Assembly (NCBI GenBank): GCA_022605425.2
Contig: JAKIMF020000007.1
Location: 744,001-808,000, forward strand
From: Hamiltosporidium tvaerminnensis FI-OER-3-3
Lineage: Eukaryota; Fungi; Microsporidia
Length of the DNA: 64,000 nt
Direction of reading: 5' to 3'
Shown here: positions 11,268 through 23,760 of the stretch, piece by piece
Numbering within the stretch: the first letter of the stretch is position 1
Layout of the letters: the number at the start of each line of letters is the position of its first letter
Program-made: the position numbers and the translations under genes
The notes under the pieces: model-generated
The model's database searches: none
What the model saw: the letters and a program-made list of their open reading frames with translations, nothing else
Told to the model about the DNA's origin: nothing

Positions 11268-13738
11268 TTAATCGGATTTTCAGCTTATTACACATTTTTT
11301 CTTCTGTTTATCCTCCTTTTCCTTGACTTTTGTCTTGTTTTTGCTCAAATCAGGCGAGCTTATGGCCTTTTCCCCAAACTTAAAACCACTTTTCTGCTCT
11401 TTTCCTGTGTTTTCTACCATGCTATGTCTACCTCCGCACATAATTGACGAAGAACACTGTTTATCGCATTCCAATATAGGTTTGAGGCGACTAAGATCAT
11501 TTTCACTAGCGTATTTAGGATTGGATGGTTCTGTATTACCATAATTCTCCTGGCCTTCGATGGTTCTCATACATTTTTCGCCTTTTATTTCTTCTTTTTG
11601 CTCTTTTTCTTGCTTTTCTGCAACAAGAATTGGCGTTTGAGATTCGATACATTCTTCTTTGACTTTTATCAAAACCGGTTCGCTCTTTTGCCGCTCTAAA
11701 ATTTCGTTAATAGATTTTTTAGGATTGCTAACAAGATCTACCTCAAGTTTTTCACCATCATTTGGTGATTTATTATCTTGATCAAGTTTCGGCTTTAAAT
11801 GATATTTCTCTAAAATCTTAAAGACTTCTTCTTGAGGTGTTTCAGATTTGATGATTGGGTTTTCACTTTTTTTTTCTTTATTTTCACCTAGAATTTTCGA
11901 TGCATATTTTCTGATTTTATCAATTATTTCCCTACTTTCTCTGAAAAATAGATCGTTATCAAAAATACTAGAATTTTTATCTCAATTTGATTTATTTGGA
12001 CACTCTTCGGTATTATTTGGAGGTGGGAATACTGAGGATTCAATTATTCTTTTTACGGTATGTTTTTCTACGACTTCTACCTCTGTTGTACTCTCTGTAT
12101 AACTTCCTCTTGGTTCTTGCTCTAAAATTTTAGGTATCTGGAATCTTGATCGTGGAAAGGCTGGTGTTCTTTTTTTTCGCACATAATAATCACCGTAGAT
12201 TTCCTTTAACCAATCTTTGTATGTCTCTTGTAGTCGCCTAGGATCATTTGTAAAATACCTTTCATTTTTTTTATTTGAATCCATTGCCTTAATATTCAAA
12301 ACTTCACTTCTTTGTTCTGGCGCGTGCGGAGATTGTTCTTGTGTATCATAACAGGTATTTATTTTTTTAGATGATTTTTGTTGGTTTCTGGCATGATCAA
12401 ATCGATCCTTTTCTATTTGATCTCTTTTTTCCAAATAATCAGTTTGTTTTTCTCGAACTAAGAATTCAAAACCTTTTAAATTATCGTTTTTTAATTTTAG
12501 TTCGGCTTTAGATTCAATTTCAGATCCTCTGTATGGGATTTTTTCATCTTTTTCAGCTTCAAAAATGCTTTCATTTTCCTATTCTTTGATTCCCCCTCCA
12601 AACCTACTTAAGTCATCTTTTTTCTGTTCTACCAGAGAATATCTCCTATCGTTTTCAGAATTACTCAGGGATGCTTCATTTGTTGACTTTCTTTGTGATG
12701 TTAAGCCTCCTATATTAGATTTTGAGACATCTGTAATCTGTAATTCATTTTTTTCAATTGATTTTTCTGTATTTGGATGTAAAGTCTCGGGGTTTTGTGA
12801 TGTAAAAGTTTCGTCAGTCTCTTTTTTTATGACTTTATCTTATTCAAGATCTGGCTTCAATTCATCGGTATCAGTGTCCTTTTCAGAGGAATCAAGTTGA
12901 GTTGAATAAGCCTTGTTTTTATCTAGACATAGAATAGAAGGTTCAGAATCATATGGATTTTCTTTACTTAAAACATAATCGAAATCATTTATAGAAGAAT
13001 TTACCTTTCTGGATCCAATTATATCTCTTTTATGAATTTTAATTTTTTCATAATCTTGACTCATGAGCTTTTCTTTTTCTTTAGTAAAAAATATTCCATC
13101 TTTTTTGTTATCGCTGCCTTCTTTACTTCCAGAATTTATTTCAACTTTTTCTAAAGCACTTACTTTATCATTTAAATTATCACCCGTCTTCTTAGTGGCT
13201 GTTCTCTCGTGTTCTCTTCCAAACGATTTATAGATTCAAAACAACGGCATATTGCTTTGCTGGTTTTTTAATTCCCGTATTCCATCATTACCCGTTGTTT
13301 TGGATTTTACATTTGGTTTTGTACAACTACATTCAGGCTCTTTTTTACATATGTTTGTTCTCCTTTGTGTTTCATTATCAAATCTATCATATATTCCAAG
13401 TTTTTTTAACTTCTTATCAATCATCGTCTCTAGATCTGAAGTATCAACATTTCTTTGTTCGGGTTTGGCACCGTCTTTTGAGCCAGATTCAACCCTAAAT
13501 ACAGAATGGGCTAATGTTTCGGTGCTTTCTGTACTTTTCTTTGTATTTTTAATCTCTATAGTCTCTTGCCATTCTCGTGAAACACTCTTCCACTTACCTG
13601 TATTAAATTTGTCAATTTTAAAACTATTTTGGTTATTTTCACCTTCCTCTAAATTAGATTGCGAAGCCATTTTTGCTTTTTCGAATAACCTAAGCAGACA
13701 AATAACAAAAATCTTTTTTTTGAAATAAGAATATCCAT
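11268..13738 (-). pseudogene. Large charged/low-complexity secreted-type protein gene (~800 codons) broken by in-frame stops
   Basis: ORF pieces ending at 13670, 13064, 12434 and 11672 all lie in one frame, joined through TGA 13236, TAA 12840, TAG 12579 and TGA 11982; hydrophobic N-terminal segment KKIFVICLLRLFEKAK. Confidence 0.7.
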
Positions 13739-16700
13739 AAAATTATCAGTTTTTTTTCTTATTTATAGTTTTTTTATGATATAAATAAGCTTTTTATGGC
13801 AAATTACAGACAAATTTTTAATGATCTTTTTATAAATTTATTTTATATTAAATAAAGAAAAGAATTATAGTTTCTATGTTTTTATTCTTTTAGTCTCGAA
13901 AATGATTTATATTTTAATTTATATTTAATTAAAACTCTCAGATCTTTTTCCTTATTTGAAATTCAAATTAGTATTTTAATCTATTTTTTTAAATAAGAAT
14001 TTTCTCTTAAATTCATTAAAGTTTCAATCAAATACAATATATTAAATTTTATATTCACTATTTATAATATGATTCATATTTACTTTTTTGTGTTTTAAAC
14101 ACATTGTACTAATCTTAATGTTTAATAAATCGATATATATCAAATTAATCGTTTCATAGTCTGAATTTTAAAATTTCTCAAAATATTTTATTTTACTTTC
14201 ATAGTTTTTTTGAATTACTTATAAACATAAAATTTAATAAAAATATCTATTCGTAAGCATTATTTATAGTTGCGCAGTATTTTGATTCATAAGTAGCCTT
14301 ATTTGGGTTTTATAAATGTATTATATGTAGACACTACTTCAAAATTGAAATGATGACTTCTTAAATCTAATATTTTTAAAATAACTGTTATATAACCTTT
14401 TCATTATGGCAGAATTGTTTATTCATATATTTTTTCTGCAATTAAATTAATGATAACTGTAGATGCAATCATGAATTATTTTCTTATATATATTTGCGCC
14501 TTATCTTACATCATAATGGCAATACAGATACGTGCTGAATCTGGCTTTACAAAATATCAACTACCTTCTATGTATCATGATTAAGAGCTCGTTTTCCCAA
14601 ATCTTTTATATCGAATTTACTAATATAATTTTTACATCATCTAGTCATCTCGTTTTCTGCGACTCGTAAGTCGTTGATTTTTGTATTTTTATATGTATAT
14701 TTTTGATTGCACTGTTTGGAAATCAGTCAAGTTGCCTCAATTATCACAGTTCGAATCGATTGAAACTACCAAAAAAACCCTGGATTCTATATATTCAACT
14801 AGCTCTATGTTATAAGGAAATCAATACTCGTATTGACTATTATTTGCTCGTCTGTATAATCCTTGTTAGATATTTTTCACCATTCTATGATGATGGCTTT
14901 ATTGCGTTTAGTCAATACAAGTATTTCAAAACAGTTTATTATCCAAATTTAAAAATTAAAAATCATAAAAAGTGCTTCATTAAAGTTTAAACAAATCCCT
15001 ATTGTTTTTTACACCGTTAATTGATAGTTTTCCTATCCTGAAAAGAAAATTAGATTTTTTTGGTCTGAAGGTGTTAATATCCAAGAATATTTTGCTAATT
15101 ATAACATTTATATTCATTTGTTTACAAGGAATATATTTTTCTGGACTCAAGCAAAGATATAGGATCACATTAAGGGATTTAATTTTATCGTAAAAGTCAA
15201 ATTAAGAAATGATTCTAGTTTATATAAATTCAATTTTAACTTGTTTTGTTACATAGATATATTTGTATGCTATTTCTCATTTCTAAATATTTACTTCTTT
15301 TGTTTTAAATTCTTTTTTCAGAAGATATATTTTTAGGAATTGTTAGAGCAACATGCTTCATATTTCTTGTATGATTATACAATATACTTAGTTACTTGCA
15401 TATTAGAGCCCGCTTTTAATTAAACAGACTCGGTATTATAGGAGATTATCCTATAGATCATGTGCAGTTTATATTCCACAAACATGTAAACAATGATTTT
15501 CTTATAATTCTACATACTTATTGCCGACTTATATAATATATCTAAATAAAATCTGCGTTTAAACGTTAAATTTGTTTTTAAGAAGTCGAAAATAAGTCAT
15601 TTAAAACATGTTTGTGCATTAAAAATCTTGATTTTATTCTTACCCTTTAGAATCTCATTAATATTTTACTAGGCTTCTATTTCCAAATTCTCTAATGTTT
15701 AAATTTCAAAACTTACTTTTTTAAGTATAATATATCTTTATTTCAAACGTTTTAAATTATTAATAATTACTAAGTAAAATTAATCACTTTTTTGCAACAT
15801 TGAATGTGAATTCAATATTACTTATTTGCTGTAATATAAGGAATAAATGTCTAATATAAATTTTTTGCAACTAATGTCAAATATAATTCTTCTACAAAAT
15901 AAAGATATACATTAATTAGTCTAAGGTTGTTTTTGAAGAGTTCAAGAAATTTTAACCACAAAATATTTAGTTTACTTTATTTCAGCAATTCTAAGAATGA
16001 ATTCATCATGTTACTCCGAATTTTTCCATAGTTTAATTTCGCAAAGTTAATTTTTTGTTAAAAAATATTTTTCATACATCTTAGTTAAACATATACACTG
16101 TGTATGTCCATATATTACCATTGTATTGTTTTAAGTCAAAAAATAGCTGGTTTAATAGATTATTTACAAAATATACAAAGAAAAACATTGATATATTTGA
16201 TTAAACACGTTTGATCCGATATAATTACATTTTATTTGGTCTTAAGTATTAAACTATTCATTAGTTTTATAATTTATATGATCTCCTAATGTTAATATTT
16301 ATTTACTGCTTAAAAATATTTACGATGAAATAATAAATATTTTTTTTTTCTTATTTAAAAAGTTGTAAAACATTTAATCTTCTTAGATCTTTTTTATTGC
16401 ATCTAAAAAATAATTCAATCAAATTTCTACGTTTATTCTTTCTAGATAGAATTTTGGTAAAAGTATTTACTTATATGAACCTAGTTTTTAATTTACTTAA
16501 TATAATTTTATTGGAAATTTCCTAAATATATTAAGAATAGTAAATCAAATAAAAATTAAATTTTTAGAGATAATAAAAGCACTGTACTTGAATAAAAATA
16601 TGAAATGCAGTTTCCCAAGGCATATCATTGAATTATAATGAATATTTTAAATTTCTAAATAAAGAATAGAGTAAATTGAATATTAGTAACAAGAAAAATA

Positions 16701-17914
16701 ATTTTAAATTACTTTAAGTCTACTTATCATTTAAAATATAATGACTACTGCAAAAAATTATATGATCTATAAATATATTACGGAATCTTTATACTATCAT
16801 TTAAACTAATTATATTCGAAAATATCCAATATTAATTAAAACAAATGGAAAAAGCCGAAATTCCGATTATTTAATTAGTTCAATGAAAATTAATGGTAAA
16901 CTATATAAAAATTTACAATCTGAAATTAACTTTTCGAAAAAAACTGTCAATAACTCTATACTAAAATAAAATTGGGATTTAAGGTTGGATTTTGATATAT
17001 CTATAGTTTCGTCTTTTTCTAATTTAATTTTGTGAGTTAAAAGAATAATATCATTTTCAAGAATTAAAGACTACTTACTTATTTAAAATTGTAATTTATA
17101 AATCCTAAACAACATCATGGTTTTATGTCTTTATAACAATTTAGGTTGATTTTGCAATTAATAAAACATGTTATATACAAAAAATATTTTTAAAATTATA
17201 GATAACAAATTATAAGTTTAAATCCGGATTTATTTTCGAATTACATATAACATCCTTAGACTATTCAATTTTTTTTGAATTCCAATCGTATATATGTTCG
17301 TTTAAATATAATTATAAAATTTAAGTAAATATTGTACCATGGACAATTTATAAGCAATTATAAATACCGGTTGGTTCTATACTTATGAATCCGTATGTCA
17401 ATAATAACTCAAAATTAACTTTTTGTAGATAAAGTGTATTCCAGAAATAGAAATTCTTATTATTAATAAATCAAAAGGAATATCGAATATTTAAATAATA
17501 TTTAATATTAAACGTTTTTAGTCTTTATATTCGCAATTTAGGGGATCAAGATATTATGTTTAGTTTGTTTAATTCTTCTTCCTCATTAGGGAATATACAT
17601 TAAGGGATAGGATTTATTAATATAAGTTTTACTCTAAAATCCTTATCTTTTTTTGCTTGTCCTCGGTAACCTTTAATCCGGATTATACTCTTCTTTACAA
17701 TCAAAAATAACATTTTGAATGTTTTTTTGAGAGTATAAGTTGTTTATATGTATGCCAGTATTATTACTGGTAATTAGAGTCTTTTAATTACTTCCATAGT
17801 TTTCATAGGAAATAGCTTTGAATTCTAATATTTAAAGAATTTTCTCAAGTCAATCTCAAATATAAATAACATAATTTAGCTTTAAAAATTAAATTTTTAT
17901 ATAACCGCTAAATT

Positions 17915-18505
17915 ATGGGGAAGAATAAAAAAAAAAGTAAAAAAATTTGTTCTGCCGAAATAGAAGAAAACTTTGCCAATTTACTTTCAAACAATGAATC
18001 ATCATCAGAAACATTTAATGATAACTACGAGACCACTTCTAACAATATAAATTTATCACTTGAATCATCAGAATCATTTGAAGTTTTTGATACCGAAGTA
18101 ACAACTAAATTTAGTAGAAATGATGATGATCTTGTTTTAAAACCGGAAGGAAAGTTAAGATTGCTTGAAAAGAAGGACAATATTCAGATATATTCTATAA
18201 ATCGTTCTTTATTTGATTTAAATGATTTCAGACCACACAATAACAAAATTAAAAAAATAAAATCAAGAAAAAAATACGATTTTTCATGTTTAGATAAACA
18301 CAATAATCTTTTTAAAAAACTTGGATCACTCAAATACGACTTTGAATTCAATTTAAATGAAACTTATAAAAGTTCAAATATTGATACAAATAATTTAAAT
18401 ATTAATAATACTTGTGAAAATTTTGAAACTACAACTGAAAAAAAATGTATTAATCGACCGAAAACATTCCAGTTTAATAAAAAAAATAAAAACAAACACA
18501 TTTAA
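17915..18505 (+). CDS. Hypothetical protein, Lys-rich termini (possible nuclear protein)
   Basis: Intact 196-aa ORF in very AT-rich DNA; MGKNKKKSKK start; CCG motif a few nt upstream. Confidence 0.6.
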   Translation: MGKNKKKSKKICSAEIEENFANLLSNNESSSETFNDNYETTSNNINLSLESSESFEVFDTEVTTKFSRNDDDLVLKPEGKLRLLEKKDNIQIYSINRSLFDLNDFRPHNNKIKKIKSRKKYDFSCLDKHNNLFKKLGSLKYDFEFNLNETYKSSNIDTNNLNINNTCENFETTTEKKCINRPKTFQFNKKNKNKHI

Positions 18506-20464
18506 ATAAATGTATAAGTTTATAAATTGATTTTCAATTTCAGTTTTTCTTATTTTTTTATAAAGTATTCGATTATTAAAAAAATATAAAATTTTACATT
18601 TCTTGATGAATTTAATAGTCATATATTAGTTAGTGGTCTGTTATATTAACATAAATTTATAATATTCTCAGCTTCTCTTATAAAGATTCTTTTTTTGTAA
18701 CTAAAAGAAGACATTTATTTAGATTATGTTATCAGCAGATTTAAGAAAAGGTGGAAATGATAGATTATGTCATGTTCATTGTGAAATTTTTCCTAAATGC
18801 AGTTTATTATTTACTGTTTATTATAATTTTTATAGAATTATTTAGATTATTTCTTAATAATAATTAAAATGAAATCACATATTCTAGTTTATTATTTTCT
18901 AACTTAAAATGTTACTTGGATTATAAATTTCCGCATCACAAATTTTATATCATAATTTTGATGAATAAAAGTATTTTATTGAAACTTATTTTGTGATTTT
19001 TTTTTAAATATTGAATATATAAAAGCAATCAAGTATAAATTATTTTAATTTTAAATATTTTTCAGCTCGATTTCAATTTTGAACAAAATTCATTTGGTGA
19101 TTTTCTTTGTTTAAATATGCAAAATGTAACTCAGAATGTAATTCCTAAATTTGTAATGCTATCCCATTTAGTTAAGCATCTAAAAAACAAAAAGACTGCA
19201 ATTTTAATTTTTTAAATATTATCTAGTAGTTTTCTTATTTTTTTTCAAATGCTCATTTTCATGAAATTATTTGACAAGAAACGGCTTTAAAATTAAAACC
19301 TATTTTAACTATGTGAATATTAAAAATAGATCAAACATAGGCATCTGATTTTCCTAATATGTAGTTTCGTATTCGGCTTGTTATAAATAGTGTACTTACG
19401 TATGAAGAATATAGAGAATTCCTGTCTATAAAAAATTTGCAAACGTAATTATAATTTTTGACTTTAAATTTTTAGAGAACTATGAATTGGATGTTTGTTA
19501 AAATTTCCAACAAAATAACTAACATAATGTAAAGAAGATATTTTTTTAAGAATTTTCGGAAAATTTATTTGATATTTTTATCTAATTTCATAGCAATACA
19601 TAAAAATATGTCTGAATTTCAACTTCGAAATTATTATATATTGAACTTAAATTAAATTATTCAATAATAAAAAATTAGTTCAAAGATTCTTTCGGTATTA
19701 AGATGTTGCTTTTTCGATTAATATTAGAATATTTTGTTTTGTACGATTCGCGAACTACAAAAATATTACGAAATGAAAAGAAATTTAAGTGGAGACTTAA
19801 AAGTTTTGATCTAATCGATGCATGGGTGCAATAAGGCAATTTTTTTATTTGGGCAATATTTAAATATTTTTTTGATCGAAGACTGTTTACTGTATTCTTC
19901 AAGAATATGATAATTTGAAAACATAAAATTTTAAAGCTTAATTTTTACTTGGATTTTAGAGAAATTTATTTTTATAAGTAATGTTTAATACGTTATGTTT
20001 TAGAATCTAATAGTATAGTTTGTAAGACGAAATAAGAAAAAAAACTTAATTTATTATATAAAGTTACTGAGATTTATTTAAATCGATATTATCTTGTGTA
20101 TACGGTATCAGTACAATGCTTAATATATTTTTTATAGAAGTTTTTTTTCGTTTTATATTTTTAATATTTTGAATGTGTCTAAACAAAATGATTATAAACC
20201 ATCACAAATAATATTTTCTAATAAGTTTGAAAACAAATATAAAATTTTTATTGTTTCTTTAATAGGTGAAACAGATTCACAAATATATTATTTTTAATTC
20301 ATATATATCAATTATGTATTTATCGTTTTGAAAATTCAATAAAAAATTTGGAAAATTAAATATCTATAAAATTAAGAATTTACTTCAAATCTTGTACTTT
20401 AATTAAATGGTTTTCCAACAACTATTCAATTTATTACACAGCTTTTATCCTTTATATATCATTC

Positions 20465-22839
20465 TTAGATATCCAAGTCTAGAAAGCTACGAGCAATAGT
20501 CACTGGTAATTCACAATAATCAATCTGAGATTCAATTCTTTTCACAAATTTTTCTTTCCTTTCTGCCACCAAGTAGTTTTGTATAAGAACCAATATTTTT
20601 CAATCTTTCTTTGCACCTAGAAATAGGTTTTGAGAGAAAAAGATTCTCACCTCTAAATTCATCTAGGTTGCTTGGTTATGGATGATCATTTAAACTAAAT
20701 TGTCGAAATAAAGATGTACATTTCTTTAAACCATCTTCTATTTTTTTAATTTGTGTTTTTTCGGGTTTCTTTGAAGGACAAACTTGATCGAATCCTAAAT
20801 CAGCTAAATTACATTCCTCACTAGTCAAAATCGTGTCGTCATTTTGATGTTTTATCGAATTTGGAGGAACAGGATTCGGATTGGGAAATTCTTGGGTTGT
20901 TAGTACCCTTTTTGGGTTTTCTTGATCTAAATTTAATTCATCAAACTGTGTATTCATCTTTATATCTGTCACTTCAACAGAAGTCTCACTTTTTGCATCA
21001 AATTTTTCACTTCTATTGTCATTTATCCCTAGAAATTCTTCTTTAGTAGTTTTATAATTCTTCTTTGACATTTCTATGCTCTGTTTATAAAAAGGCTCGA
21101 AAGTTGAAACCAGGTTGCGTCAAATGCACATTTGTTTGTGATATAGATTCATTCGTTTCAAACGGTAGGCCTCCCATATCATTTTCTTTGGCTTTTCCTT
21201 TCACACATTTTATTGTCTGTAAACATACCGGTTTACGTCTACCATTTGTTTTTCTACTCGCTTTTAGATATTTTCGGTTAGGGTAATCATTCGATGATAT
21301 CCTGATGGAAGTAAAAATATGATTGCCGTTTTCATTGCCCGAAGAATGTCCGCATTCCAAACAATTTTTAGAACTTTTTAATAGATTTTCACTTTCATTC
21401 TGTAGAAAAATAGGTGCTGGTGTATTATAGACAGATTCTAGCCTCTCTTCTAGTATTCGATTAGATTCAGAGTTTTTCCCATCGCTCACTTGTATATTTC
21501 CCATGATATTTGCTTTTTGTTTTTATTTTTAAATCGAAAATCTCCAATATTCTCTTCTTTAGAACATGTTTGTGTTTTATCATCTGAGGATGGGAATATG
21601 AAGCCTTTGTCTTTGCCAGATTCATGAGGGGTCAATATAGGTTTTATATTAGGACTTGCACTTGTTTTATTATTTTTAACAGGTTGTAAAATATCGTTTA
21701 TCTCATTATTTTCCATCCTTGAGGTTGATTTAACTAAAAGAGTAGATTCTGGTTTGAGTTCTTTTTTGCTCTTACCATTATTTCTATCAAAAAGGTTTTC
21801 TTGTGTTATATCTTGTTGTATTGCTGTAGAATAAGATCTGGTTTTTGATTGTTCTTTACTGTTAGGATGTATTGTGTGTATAAAATTCTCTTTGCGTAAA
21901 TTAAGCGCTTTTTTATTATCTGATATTGTTGTAATGAAAGAGTCTAAATTCAAACTAGGCATTAATTTACCGATTTCTTCATCACTTTCAGAAAAAGCTT
22001 CTTGAAGGGAACCATATAACTCTTCATTCAAACATTCGATGCTTGCAATAGATTCGGGTGAAGGATCTCTATTTCTCAATGGTTCATCTTCTGAAGTAAC
22101 GGTTTTTACATTGTAGTTGAAATTTTCTTTTTTAGTCACAGTTTTATTCCAATTAATTTCAGACTTAGATTTTTCCTTCTCATGGCTAAATAATTGATTT
22201 TTAATGCCCGTATGCTGTGACCCCTGGTACATTTCTTCTTCATTTCTTCTAATGTCTTTATCGCAAAAAATTGATAAATCTTGTGTGGTTTTCGATTTAT
22301 TCTTCGTCTCTTTTCTCCTGCAGGATGTGTCTATTCTGGCTTGTGAATCATATTGCCGTGTATTTGTTTCTAAATAGCTTGTACTTTCTCTTCGTGTTCT
22401 AGAATGTTCATCATTTTTTACAATACTTCTTTTTTCGTTTTCATTCTTCATGCCATTCGGCGTTTCTTTCATTATATTATTCCTGGATATGTCTGATCCA
22501 TCTTTATTTCTTACACACGGATAGATTGTTTGTTTTTCATTTGAAATACCAGCACAGTTACCGAAAGACTTACCGTTGTTTGAATCGGATATATGTAAAC
22601 TTCCGAATTGAATTAAATCGAAGCTGCTATTAGAAAATGAAAATTTTTTTTTACCATTTCCATTTATATTACATTCACTTCAATGCATTTCTTGTACTTC
22701 TGAAATTATTTTGGGAGTCGGTATAAACTTTTTTATCGCTTTTACCTTTGTTAAAATAAAATAGTTGCCCCGTTTTCATACTTTCAAACATCACAAGCAT
22801 ACCCAATACAAAATATCTTTTCAAAATATTATTTTTCAT
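20465..22839 (-). pseudogene. Large charged/low-complexity secreted-type protein gene, multiply frameshifted
   Basis: Consecutive minus-strand ORFs 22675-22911, 21486-22472, 21085-21504 and 20676-21071 with the same composition but frame changes; signal-like MKNNILKRYFVLGMLVMFESMK. Confidence 0.65.
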
Positions 22840-23760
22840 TAAAATTGATTTCGTTACTCTATATATAGTTTTTTTGACAATAATTAACCAAAAAGAGCAA
22901 GTCAAAGACAATTCTTTAATATTCTATTTGTAAATGTGTTTCATTCAAAGTAAATAAAAGAATGTAAAAACATAATAAAATGTTCTTAAAATGGTTATAT
23001 TATCATTTGTGAATAATTATATACATTTGTCAATTCTAGAATTATTTTTTTTTATAATTAGTTTTCGCGTTAAATTGATTTTAATCGAGAATTCGTTTTT
23101 TATTTCAAAAATTTTCGATATTTTCGATATTTTTGATATAAAACAACAACGTTTTTTAAAAGATTCTATTTTTATTGCTATTTAATATTTTTTTATAAAT
23201 TTTAATTTCGGGATCATAAATTTACTTATAAATCATTTATAAATTTCTAATGATCTTTTTCTGTGAATATTTCTAAATGAATATATAGTTTCGATTTTAT
23301 GATATAGCGCATATGTTTATGATGTTCATTTATTAAATATCGTTCTAGAAACTATATCAATGAATTTAGTCGTTGTAAAGTTTTCTATAATTCTAGTCAC
23401 TTTATATTCCCTTTTTTTACTATCTATATAAACGCTTTAAACGATTCTCTCATTAAAAATTAGGTTTTAATTATTTATTTATAGTTGCAGTAGCATTACT
23501 TTTACATTCATTTTTATTTATCTGAATGGATAACACCAGTAGTCGCATATTTTCAATTTCGTTACCATCATGTTGACATATTCTCATTAATATAAAATTC
23601 CCACTTAATTGCTAAAGCTACAGCTTTTCTCAAAAGATGTATAGTTGTGAGTGCATGTTTGATTTTATTTTTGTCCGCTTCTTGTATTATATAAATTTAG
23701 TTTATGTAATTATTAGAATAGAAAATCAAATAAAATTCTACCTTTATTTAAATACAAAAT

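Noticed and set aside
23112-23140. Short tandem repeat (TTTTCGATA)x3
   Set aside because: Low-complexity microrepeat with no spacers or associated genes.
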